A DNA stretch of 64,000 nt from Bacteroidales bacterium (lineage in GTDB: Bacteria; Bacteroidota; Bacteroidia; Bacteroidales; UBA932). The translations under genes and the position numbers were made by a program. This document shows positions 9,071 through 17,303 of this stretch, in pieces (within the stretch, counting starts at the first letter, position 1; each line of letters starts with the position of its first letter). The notes beneath the pieces are model-generated. The model made no database searches. It was given only the letters and a program-made list of their open reading frames with translations, and had not been told where the DNA came from. The stretch spans positions 1,535-65,534 of the forward strand of contig JAFRRR010000132.1 of the NCBI GenBank assembly GCA_017428035.1, read 5' to 3'.

Positions 9071-10024
9071 ATGAAAAAGTATGACATTGCCGCTATTGGC
9101 GAGCTCAACGTGGACATTATCCTCAACAGGATTGAATCTGAACCCGAAATCGGCAAGGAGAAATTTGCTCAGGATATGATTGTGACCCTGGGCAGTTCCA
9201 CCGCAATTTTTGCCGCCAACGCAGCTTCGCTGGGCAGCAAGGTGTGCTTTGTTGGGATGATTGGACGTGATTCTTTTGGTTCTCTGGTGCGTACATCGCT
9301 GGAAGCCCGCGGCGTAGACACCAGCTACCTTGTAGAGGGAGATACTCCCACGGGAGCCTCGATTTGTATGAGTTATGGAGAGGACCGTGCGGTGCTGACA
9401 TATCAGGGCGCTATGGATGTGATGGGGCTGGACGATATGGATCTTTCGGTTTTCGACCAGACGAAACATATCCATCTGAGTTCAATATTTATGCAGAGCG
9501 GCGTGCTGCGCGATCTGGAAAAGATTCTGGACCTTGCGGCCGCCAAGGGTGTCACCGTTTCGCTTGATACCCAGTGGGATCCGATAGAGAAGTGGGCTTT
9601 TGACTATAAGAAGCTTCTGCACAAGATCACCGTGTTTATGCCCAACGAAAAGGAACTGCAGGAGCTCACCGGCAAGAAAGACCTGGAAAGCGCGATTGCA
9701 GAGGTTGAGCCGTATCTTGGCTGTGCAATGATGCTCAAGTGCGGCAGCAAAGGTTCCATACTTATAAAGAAAGACGGCAGCCGCACCCAGCTGCCGGCAT
9801 TCCTTAATAAAGATGTTGTGGATGCCATAGGCGCCGGCGACAGCTGCAACTCGGGTTTTGTGAGCGCCTTTGTCAAAGGGCTGCCGCTTGAGGAGTGCCA
9901 GCGCACCGGCAACCTGACCGGTGCCGTGAATACCACCGCCGCCGGCGGCACCGGGGCTTTTGCCTCGCTGGAAGCTGTGCGCAAGGTGTGCAAGGAGCGT
10001 TTTGGACAAGAAATCAAACTGTAA
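9071..10024 (+). CDS. PfkB-family carbohydrate kinase (tagatose-6-P / ketohexose kinase candidate)
   Basis: ORF track starts at 8960, but MKKYDIAAIGELNVDIIL at 9071 is the family-typical start. C-terminal DAIGAGDS anion-hole motif. Confidence 0.85.
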   Translation: MKKYDIAAIGELNVDIILNRIESEPEIGKEKFAQDMIVTLGSSTAIFAANAASLGSKVCFVGMIGRDSFGSLVRTSLEARGVDTSYLVEGDTPTGASICMSYGEDRAVLTYQGAMDVMGLDDMDLSVFDQTKHIHLSSIFMQSGVLRDLEKILDLAAAKGVTVSLDTQWDPIEKWAFDYKKLLHKITVFMPNEKELQELTGKKDLESAIAEVEPYLGCAMMLKCGSKGSILIKKDGSRTQLPAFLNKDVVDAIGAGDSCNSGFVSAFVKGLPLEECQRTGNLTGAVNTTAAGGTGAFASLEAVRKVCKERFGQEIKL

Positions 10025-10026
10025 CC

Positions 10027-11847
10027 ATGAAAAATTATATTCTCATAATCACGGCTTTTCTGGCCGCAGCGTGCTCCACCAAACTGCCGGTCGACCGGCT
10101 GGTCTGCGGCGGACGCACCGTCAAGGACATCGGCGTCATTGTCTCTGAGCAACCCGCCGAAGGCTTCGATGGGATGACCTTGCGCACCGTCACATTCGTA
10201 AACAACGGCACCGCCGCCGTAATAGTGGATGCTATGGAATCTTCCCGCATTGAGATCTGCGGCAAGAAGGTCTGGTCCCTGCAGGCTACATCCTCTGAGG
10301 ACCGCAAGGACTGGCTGCTCCCCGTAAACAAGGGGTTCTACCAGCGCAATTATTTGGGAATGAACCAGTCCGACTATGGTGGTGGAATTCCTATGATATG
10401 TCTTTGGACTCCGGAGCAGAATCTGAGCGTGGGCGTTGCGGAGCCTGTTCTCAAGCTCGTGTCAATGCCGGTGAGCCGTAGGGGCAACCGCACTTGCGCC
10501 TGCATCCGTCAGGACTTTGACGAGCCGGTAATGTTGCAGCCGGGCGAGAGCCTGAGTTCGGTCCGCCAGTTCGTGATGGAGAGCAAAGGAGACTTTTTCA
10601 ACCCGCTTCGCCGGTTCGCCAATTTTATGGAGGCTGAATACGGATATCAGCCACCCGTTTCGCCGGAAGATGCTTTCGATGCCGTCTGGTGCGCCTGGGG
10701 CTATCGCCGCACCTTTACTGCAGACGAAGTTATAGGCACCCTGCCAAAAGTTGTGGAACTCGGCTTCAAATGGGTGGACGTGGATGACGGCTACCAGATA
10801 TGCGAAGGCGACTGGGAGGCCAACGAGCGCATTGGAGACGAGGGCATGCGTCGTATAGTGGATGCGATACACCAGGCCGGGCTCAAGGCAAAGATCTGGT
10901 GGGCTCCTCTGGCGGCAGACCCCGAAAGCCGCGTTGCAAAGGAACATCCCGAGATGCTGCTGGTGCAGGCCGACGGCACTCACGAGGATATCAGCTACTG
11001 GGACAGTTGGTACCTCTCTCCCGTAAACACTGCTACCTGGGACTACACTGTAAATCTGGTGGATATGTTTACCAAGGACTGGGGCTTTGACGGCTTCAAG
11101 CTGGACGGTCAGCATCTGAACCTCTCTGCACCCGACTACAACCCCGCCAGTGAACTCGGGCGTCCGGAAGAGGCGTGCGAACGTCTCCCCGAATTCTTCG
11201 AGAAGATTTACTCCCGCGCCCGGGAGAATTGCCCCGGAGCGGTGGTGCAGATATGCCCCTGCGGATGTGCAATCAATTTTTTCTATACTCCTTTCATGAA
11301 CCAGGCAGTGGCTTCCGACCCGACCTCCAGCGCCCAGATACGTATGAAGCGCAAGACCTTCGCCGCCATCTGTCCCGATCTGGCCTACTATGCCGACCAC
11401 GTGGAGCTTAGCGACGGCGGCAAGGATTTCCCCTCGCAAATAGGTGTGGGTGGTGTGATAGGCGCCAAGTTTACCTGGCCTAAGCCCAACCCCGACGCAG
11501 AAAGGGACCGTGACGGCTGCCTGCTGGACGAAGAGAAGGAGAGTCTGCTGCGCAAGTGGGTTTCTATTTACAACGACAAAATGCTTTCCCGCGGCACTTA
11601 TCTCAACCTTTACGACTATGGATTTGACAAGCCAGAGGCGCATGTGATTGAGAAGGAGGGCGCAATGTACTATGCCTTCTACGCCCCCGAATGGAACGGT
11701 GAGCCCATTACCCTGCGCGGTCTGGGCGAGGGGAACTACAAGGTCACCGAATATGCATCGGACGACCTTCGCACCTACCAGGTGCAGGGCCCCGATCCTG
11801 TAATCAACCCCGTATTCAAGGGGAGTTACCTTATAGAAGTGAAATAA
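10027..11847 (+). CDS. Exported clan GH-D (GH36-like) alpha-galactosidase / alpha-N-acetylgalactosaminidase candidate
   Basis: Lipoprotein start MKNYILIITAFLAAAC at 10027; the track extension from 9895 overlaps the kinase. Catalytic-barrel pattern VWCAWGY...ELGFKWVDVDDGYQ...GDW...GLKAKIWWAP...GFDGFKLDG. Confidence 0.7.
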   Translation: MKNYILIITAFLAAACSTKLPVDRLVCGGRTVKDIGVIVSEQPAEGFDGMTLRTVTFVNNGTAAVIVDAMESSRIEICGKKVWSLQATSSEDRKDWLLPVNKGFYQRNYLGMNQSDYGGGIPMICLWTPEQNLSVGVAEPVLKLVSMPVSRRGNRTCACIRQDFDEPVMLQPGESLSSVRQFVMESKGDFFNPLRRFANFMEAEYGYQPPVSPEDAFDAVWCAWGYRRTFTADEVIGTLPKVVELGFKWVDVDDGYQICEGDWEANERIGDEGMRRIVDAIHQAGLKAKIWWAPLAADPESRVAKEHPEMLLVQADGTHEDISYWDSWYLSPVNTATWDYTVNLVDMFTKDWGFDGFKLDGQHLNLSAPDYNPASELGRPEEACERLPEFFEKIYSRARENCPGAVVQICPCGCAINFFYTPFMNQAVASDPTSSAQIRMKRKTFAAICPDLAYYADHVELSDGGKDFPSQIGVGGVIGAKFTWPKPNPDAERDRDGCLLDEEKESLLRKWVSIYNDKMLSRGTYLNLYDYGFDKPEAHVIEKEGAMYYAFYAPEWNGEPITLRGLGEGNYKVTEYASDDLRTYQVQGPDPVINPVFKGSYLIEVK

Positions 11848-11863
11848 CCAACAATATAATAGT

Positions 11864-13414
11864 ATGATTAAGAAATTTCTGACATTATTTCTGATTGTTC
11901 CGTTCCTTGCGGCTTGCCCCAAGCCGGAACCCGAGCCGGGGCCCGACGTGCCTCCCGGACCTGATCCCGGCCCCGAAACCCAGGCTGAGATTGTAATAAG
12001 CAGCCCTGCAGCCTTTGATATGCCTTATGCCGGTGGCGAAGCTACTCTGTCCTTTACTTCCAATGTTGACTGGAAAGTTGCGTCTCTTGATTCATGGGTG
12101 ACAGTGAGCCCCGAAAGCGGAGCCGCATCGGCTTCTGCCGTTAATGTAAAGCTCTCTGTGGAGGCAAATCCCGGCACGGCTGCCAGAAGCGCCACCATTT
12201 ATATTTTTGCCGGCGACGCCACGGAGACGGTTACAGTTAATGAGGCATTCGACTTCTATATGGGAGCAGAAGCGGAGCTGGTCAGCGGCTCTACCGTGCT
12301 GGCCACCAATCCCAATGTGGAGAAATTCCTGAACGAGGTCAACTATCCCGACCGTGACTGGACCTACACCAAGGTTCTTGATTACTACGGCGGTTTCAAT
12401 GGAAAGACCTATAACGATAACGGTCAGGAAGACCCCAATGGCAAGATGTTCAACTGGGCCTATGAACCCTTCTCCGACAAACCTTGCAGCTACAGTATCC
12501 GCTGGAATCCCGAGGACATGGAGGCAGGCGACATGACGCTGACCCTTGAAGACCAGCTTGACTGGCGATCTGAAACCACCGTTAAAGAAGGCTCACGCTA
12601 TGTCAATATCACCAATCTCGTGCCCAACGATCACTATACCTACAAGGTGACCACCGCCGGCGGCAAAGTGCTCGCTCAAGGCGATTTCAACACTACCGGC
12701 AGCCTGCATCAGGTATATTTCGCTGGCAAACTTGCCAAGGGCGGTTGCCGTAACGGTCGCGACCTTGGCGGCTGGACGGGTCTCGGTGGCAAGAAAATCA
12801 AATACCGCTTGCTCTATCGCGGTGGCCGTATGGAAGAGATTTCGGTTGCAGATGGTGGTCCGGAGGCTATGGCGCAGGGAATTGGAGCGGAACTGGACCT
12901 TCGCAACAGCGACAGACTCTCCAAAGCTGCAGTTCCCGGCCTTGACTTCTGTGCTCCCGGCATCGAACAGGGCGGAACCTGGATGCTTAAAAACGGTAAT
13001 TCCAACGGCAACTTTGGCAAGCAGTGTTTCGAATTCGTTGTCAACAGTGTCCGCGCGGGCAAGGGCGTGTTCTTCCACTGCTCACTGGGCCGCGACCGCA
13101 CCGGCACGCTGGACATCCTGCTGCTGGGTTTGCTGGGTGTCAGGGAAGGTGACATAGGCAAAGCCTACGAGGTTACTTATTTCGCTCCTGTCGGCTACAG
13201 TGTGTCTTCTTCAGAGAAGAGCGGCAACCCGACCCCCGTCTTCAAAAATACCCGTAATGCATGGGTCTACAGCGATGTAGTGCCTTATTTCTGGGGTCTG
13301 GCAGACCAGACCGAAGGCAAGACATTTGCCGACGGTGTGGAGAAGTATCTCCTGGAGGTTGCCGGCGTAAGCCAGCAGGACATCGACGATTTCCGCAACT
13401 TAATGCTTGAATAA
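11864..13414 (+). CDS. Lipoprotein fusion: BACON domain + FN3-like region + Cys-based (CX5R) protein-tyrosine-phosphatase-like domain (Y_phosphatase3-like)
   Basis: Lipobox LAAC followed by a Pro-rich linker. BACON pattern (ATLSFTSNVDWKVASLDSWVTVSPESG...ARSATIYI...VTVNE). NGRDLGG entry motif and HCSLGRDRTG P-loop at 13076-13105. Confidence 0.8.
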   Translation: MIKKFLTLFLIVPFLAACPKPEPEPGPDVPPGPDPGPETQAEIVISSPAAFDMPYAGGEATLSFTSNVDWKVASLDSWVTVSPESGAASASAVNVKLSVEANPGTAARSATIYIFAGDATETVTVNEAFDFYMGAEAELVSGSTVLATNPNVEKFLNEVNYPDRDWTYTKVLDYYGGFNGKTYNDNGQEDPNGKMFNWAYEPFSDKPCSYSIRWNPEDMEAGDMTLTLEDQLDWRSETTVKEGSRYVNITNLVPNDHYTYKVTTAGGKVLAQGDFNTTGSLHQVYFAGKLAKGGCRNGRDLGGWTGLGGKKIKYRLLYRGGRMEEISVADGGPEAMAQGIGAELDLRNSDRLSKAAVPGLDFCAPGIEQGGTWMLKNGNSNGNFGKQCFEFVVNSVRAGKGVFFHCSLGRDRTGTLDILLLGLLGVREGDIGKAYEVTYFAPVGYSVSSSEKSGNPTPVFKNTRNAWVYSDVVPYFWGLADQTEGKTFADGVEKYLLEVAGVSQQDIDDFRNLMLE

Positions 13415-13425
13415 TCATCATCACC

Positions 13426-14832
13426 ATGAAAAAGATTAACGTAATACTGGCCGTTGCGGCACTGGCTGCTCTGGCCGTTTCCTGCCAGAAGGCCGATCCT
13501 TACGGCTACACCATCAAAAACAATCAGATAGTCTACAACACTCCCGAGCGTCCCGCCGACCAGCAGAGCATGCTCGGTTTTGCGGCAGAACCCATAGAGA
13601 ATGTCCGCATAGGCTTTGTGGGTCTGGGTATGCGCGGAAGTGGAAGCGTAGATATCATTACTTATGTCGACAACTGCGAGATCGTGGCTGTTTGTGACCT
13701 CTATCAGGACAGGGTAGAGGCTATCCAGAAGATGCTTGCCGAGCGCGGCAAACCCGAAGCTGCCGGCTACTGGGGAGAGGAGGGCTATAAACAGCTCTGC
13801 GAGCGCGATGACATTGACCTTGTGTATCTGGCAGTCCCCTGGCAGCTGCACACCCCCATTGCCGTATATGCGATGGAGCACGGCAAGCACGTTGCTATCG
13901 AGGTCCCTGCTGCCACCAGTATCCAGGAGTGCTGGGATCTGGTGAACACTTCAGAGCGCACACGCAAGCACTGTATGATGCTCGAGAACTGCTGCTACGA
14001 CTTTTTCGAGCTGACCTGCCTGAATATGATACAGCAGGGCCTTTTCGGCGATATCGTGCACGTGGAGGGTTCCTACTGTCACGACCTGTCTCCATATTGG
14101 GACCGCTACCAGGGCGACTGGCGCATGGTTTATAACAAGGACCATCACGGCGATGTCTATCCCACCCACGGCATAGGCCCCATCTGCCAGGATTTGAACA
14201 TCCACCGCGGCGACAAGATGGATGTGCTGGTGGCCATGGACAGCGATGCCTTTGCCGGTCAGGCAGCAGCCGATGCGCGTGGCATCTACGGTGACATCAA
14301 GTATGCCAACGGCGACAACACTTCCACCCTTATCCGTACCCGCAAGGGCAAGACCATCCTGGTGGAGCACTCGGTGGTTACACCGCGCCCCTACAGCCGT
14401 ATGTATCAGGTGCAGGGCACCAAGGGATTTGCCAACAAATACCCCAACGAGGGTCTTGCGCTGGGCGCAGACGAGCTCAAGGGCGAGGATGTTGCCTATG
14501 ACAATCTCAATGCGGAGTGGTATATGTCCAATGAGCAGCGCGATGCCATCATGGAGCAGTATAAGCACCCCATGATTGCCGACATAGAGGCCAAGGCCAA
14601 GGAAGTCGGCGGCCATGGCGGTATGGACTTCATTATGATCTACCGCCTTATCTACTGCCTGCATCACGGCCTTCCCCTAGATCAGGACGTCTACGATGCA
14701 GCCGAGTGGAGCTCGCTGGTAGAGCTCACCGAGGTCTCCATCAACCACGGCTCGATGCCAGTGGTGATGCCCGACTTCACCCGCGGAGAGTGGGACAAGA
14801 CAGACGGCATTACATTTGCGACCGCAAAATAA
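13426..14832 (+). CDS. GH109-like NAD-dependent alpha-N-acetylgalactosaminidase (Gfo/Idh/MocA fold), lipoprotein
   Basis: 468 aa with lipobox AVSC. Rossmann motif IGFVGLGMRGSG, plus EVPAATSIQECW and CMMLENCCYD, as in GH109-type exported oxidoreductase-fold glycosidases. Confidence 0.75.
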   Translation: MKKINVILAVAALAALAVSCQKADPYGYTIKNNQIVYNTPERPADQQSMLGFAAEPIENVRIGFVGLGMRGSGSVDIITYVDNCEIVAVCDLYQDRVEAIQKMLAERGKPEAAGYWGEEGYKQLCERDDIDLVYLAVPWQLHTPIAVYAMEHGKHVAIEVPAATSIQECWDLVNTSERTRKHCMMLENCCYDFFELTCLNMIQQGLFGDIVHVEGSYCHDLSPYWDRYQGDWRMVYNKDHHGDVYPTHGIGPICQDLNIHRGDKMDVLVAMDSDAFAGQAAADARGIYGDIKYANGDNTSTLIRTRKGKTILVEHSVVTPRPYSRMYQVQGTKGFANKYPNEGLALGADELKGEDVAYDNLNAEWYMSNEQRDAIMEQYKHPMIADIEAKAKEVGGHGGMDFIMIYRLIYCLHHGLPLDQDVYDAAEWSSLVELTEVSINHGSMPVVMPDFTRGEWDKTDGITFATAK

Positions 14833-14857
14833 TAAATTCCATACGGACAGATAAATG

Positions 14858-14889
14858 CGCCGGCAGGGTCTTTCTGCCGGCGTTTTTTT
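14858..14889 (+). terminator. Rho-independent terminator after the GH109 gene
   Basis: 9-bp GC stem cgccggcag/ctgccggcg with a 7-nt loop, followed by TTTTTTT. Confidence 0.8.
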
Positions 14890-14929
14890 ATAACAATTTG
14901 TTGGGATTGCCAATATTGACAAAGGCTAT

Positions 14930-14937
14930 TATATTTG
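14930..14937 (+). promoter_or_regulatory. -7 box TATATTTG, only 4 nt from ATG 14942
   Basis: Exact TAnnTTTG match. Confidence 0.4.
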
Positions 14938-14941
14938 CGCC

Positions 14942-15313
14942 ATGAACTTTACAGGAATAATAGTAGGGGCAGCTGTATTCTTCAGCATAGGCGTGTGCCA
15001 CCCCATCACCATCAAACTTGAATATTACTTCGGGCGCAAGGGCGCCTGGGTCTTCGTCGTGGTAGGCCTTATATGCGCAGTAGCATCGCTGTTTATTTCT
15101 AATTACATAGTCTCCACCATCGTGGCGGCCTTTGCCTTCTCCTGCTTCTGGGGCATACACGAGGTCACTTCGCAGGAAATGCGCGTGCTGAGGGGCTGGT
15201 TTCCCGAGAACCCGGCGCGCCACGAATATTACGAGCGCCGCAGGAAAGAACTTGGGGATATCCTTGCGGACACCCCCAGTCACAAGCATCTCAAGGAGAA
15301 GCTTAAAAAGTAG
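14942..15313 (+). CDS. Small integral membrane protein (about 3 TM helices; possibly DUF4491-like)
   Basis: 123 aa with three hydrophobic segments and a basic C-tail. The family name comes from memory only. Confidence 0.55.
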   Translation: MNFTGIIVGAAVFFSIGVCHPITIKLEYYFGRKGAWVFVVVGLICAVASLFISNYIVSTIVAAFAFSCFWGIHEVTSQEMRVLRGWFPENPARHEYYERRRKELGDILADTPSHKHLKEKLKK

Positions 15314-17303
15314 CGTACAGTTTTTTGATGTCGTTCCAGCGGTAGAAGCTTCCGGGGGCAGCCATTTCCAGCGGGAGGGTGGCTTCGCGGCCATTGAGAA
15401 GTATCTGCACAAGTATGTCGTCTCCTTTGCCCTTTCTAAAGAAGACCAGCTGCAGATTGCAGGCCATGGGGATGTCATAAGTTCGCCAATAGTTCTCCAC
15501 TTCGTAAGGGTCGCTTATCTGCACGCCCATCCCGTTTACATCCATTAGCGACAGTAGCGGCAGCAGCGAAGTGTCGTGAGCAAAGCGCAGGCGTAGGGCA
15601 ATGCCTTCTTGGGCGTCAGTGTCGGCAAAATCCAGAATCTCTTTCAGCAGGGGGCGCATAGCTTCTGCGCGGATGTTCTTCACGTCGGGAGCCAGTCCAT
15701 AGCGCAGATAGCCGTTGTAGTTATAGACTTCCCAGATGCGGTAGCGCTCCTGAGCACTCAAAAGGTTTTGCAACTCTGACGGAACAGGAGTGTCAAGATT
15801 GTCAAAATCGGAGACGAGAGTGTTCAGCGACTGGCAAAGCTTGTATTTGTCGGTGCCAAGAGAGTCGGGCTCTGTGAAAAACCTGCGCAAAATCGCATCC
15901 GAGTCCAGGCGGTCATCGCAGAAACGGTTGAACTTTTTCTCTACTGACTTTGGCCAGGCTGCGGCTTCCTTGTCAGCGGAAGGGCTCAGAACTCCCTGAT
16001 AAGGAGCCCCGTAATCAGTGCTGAATACGAAACTTTTGTCCAGGCTGTCGAGTTGGGCCAGGAAGTTATACATACTGGCTATCACCCTGTGGCTGTGGGT
16101 GGACACTGCCACGGCCGAGGTGTTGCCCTTAAAGACCTCGGGATAATTGCGCAGCATCTGCTCTGCAATAAAGCGCTGCTGGGCCTGTCCCTTTCTGGTA
16201 AGGATACCCTCTCTTTGGGCTACAGTCGGGTAGAACTTATCGTAAGATGCTTTGAAAACCTTGCCCCCGGCTGTCAGCAGGCCATTACTGTCGGCCCGGG
16301 CCAATACGTTCATGATGTCGGTGTAGATAGTATTGCCGAGTGCATAGCGGGCACCGTGCCGGCCCAGATGGCTGATGTAATAGGCCTTGTAGCCCCTGGG
16401 CGCCTTCGTGGGCCGGGGCTGGTTTTCCGGGTACATATAGTAGACTCCGCCGCAACGCTCCGTGTCGGCTTCGATCTCCGACTTGGTATCGTAGTACGGA
16501 TTCTCAGGTGTGCCGAAAATCTTTGACAGGGTGCGTTTTGCCGAATATGTCGCCATCTGTTGAGGTATAAAACTCCAGCTGCCGCATTTCATCCTGGCAG
16601 GGTCGATGACGCCGTCGTTTGCACTCAGATACTCCCTCAGAATGTCTCGGAACGGCTTGTCTTTGGCGATAATACGGTCTTCCATATTCTTGGGGTCGAT
16701 GCCGGCTGCCTGCAGCAGTTTGCCGGCTCCGGAAGCGCGGTAGTTATTGATGGCGACATTGTAGGTGGACTGCTCGCTGAATGCCGTTCCGTCGGCCATG
16801 GAAGTTATGCTGACCCGCTGGCCGGCATCTTTGGTGACATCTACGCTGTAGTTGATGCCTGCACCGCTGTCGAAATTGGCGGGTGAGTTCTTGAAATTGA
16901 TTTTGGTGCTGCCGTCGGCCTTGGCCAGGGATTTCGTCTGCAGCAGTTCGTCTTCAGCCCCGGCTATGGTATTGATCCAGGCAGCGTAGCTGGCTTCGAG
17001 ATATTGCCGTATTTCCTCTCCCGTCATTCTGAGTATCACGATGGTGTTGGGGAAGGGGTAGAGGCGGTTTATATCCTGCTCATAGATGTTGCCGGAGGAT
17101 ATTGTGCCGTCTATCGAGAGCAGGCCGCTGAGGGAGATGTCCACTCCCGGCTGGCTCAGGGACAGGCCGTGGTAAAAGTCCATGTAGGCGCTCTGGCCCA
17201 TATAGGCTTCCTTTGCCTTGAGGTCCTGGTTCAGATGGCCGACGGGCTGCGCACTGAGCGCCGCGCTGATAAGCAGAAGAATTGTTGCGAGACGGATTTT
17301 CAT
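15303..17303 (-). CDS. Secreted fusion: 5'-nucleotidase C-terminal (substrate-binding) domain + histidine acid phosphatase (branch 2) domain
   Basis: Signal peptide, then LYPFPNTIVILRMTGEEIRQYLE...YNVAINNYRASGAG (5'-NT C-domain). Then GRHGARY (RHG at 16353-16361) and FAHDTS (HD at 15573-15578). No metallophosphoesterase domain. Confidence 0.8.
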   Translation of the reverse strand: MKIRLATILLLISAALSAQPVGHLNQDLKAKEAYMGQSAYMDFYHGLSLSQPGVDISLSGLLSIDGTISSGNIYEQDINRLYPFPNTIVILRMTGEEIRQYLEASYAAWINTIAGAEDELLQTKSLAKADGSTKINFKNSPANFDSGAGINYSVDVTKDAGQRVSITSMADGTAFSEQSTYNVAINNYRASGAGKLLQAAGIDPKNMEDRIIAKDKPFRDILREYLSANDGVIDPARMKCGSWSFIPQQMATYSAKRTLSKIFGTPENPYYDTKSEIEADTERCGGVYYMYPENQPRPTKAPRGYKAYYISHLGRHGARYALGNTIYTDIMNVLARADSNGLLTAGGKVFKASYDKFYPTVAQREGILTRKGQAQQRFIAEQMLRNYPEVFKGNTSAVAVSTHSHRVIASMYNFLAQLDSLDKSFVFSTDYGAPYQGVLSPSADKEAAAWPKSVEKKFNRFCDDRLDSDAILRRFFTEPDSLGTDKYKLCQSLNTLVSDFDNLDTPVPSELQNLLSAQERYRIWEVYNYNGYLRYGLAPDVKNIRAEAMRPLLKEILDFADTDAQEGIALRLRFAHDTSLLPLLSLMDVNGMGVQISDPYEVENYWRTYDIPMACNLQLVFFRKGKGDDILVQILLNGREATLPLEMAAPGSFYRWNDIKKLYATF

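Noticed and set aside
8702-9475. 257-aa minus-strand ORF spanning the DeoR start, the divergent promoter region and the kinase 5' end
   Set aside because: It crosses an intergenic region containing two promoter boxes and overlaps two well-supported genes. No motifs present.
9895-10026. N-terminal extensions given by the ORF track for the GH36-like gene (also 8960-9070 for the kinase, 57357-57398 for bamD, 60828-60968 for the aminopeptidase, 46771-46941 for the PASTA gene)
   Set aside because: Each extension overlaps the preceding gene or an intergenic promoter and precedes a canonical signal peptide or family-typical N-terminus at an internal ATG.
10462-11922. 486-aa minus-strand ORF
   Set aside because: It lies entirely antisense to the well-supported GH36-like gene. 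Its composition is Gly/Ala/Val/His/Arg-rich, as expected for the reverse frame of GC-rich coding DNA. It has no signal or motif and spans the GH36/BACON intergenic gap.
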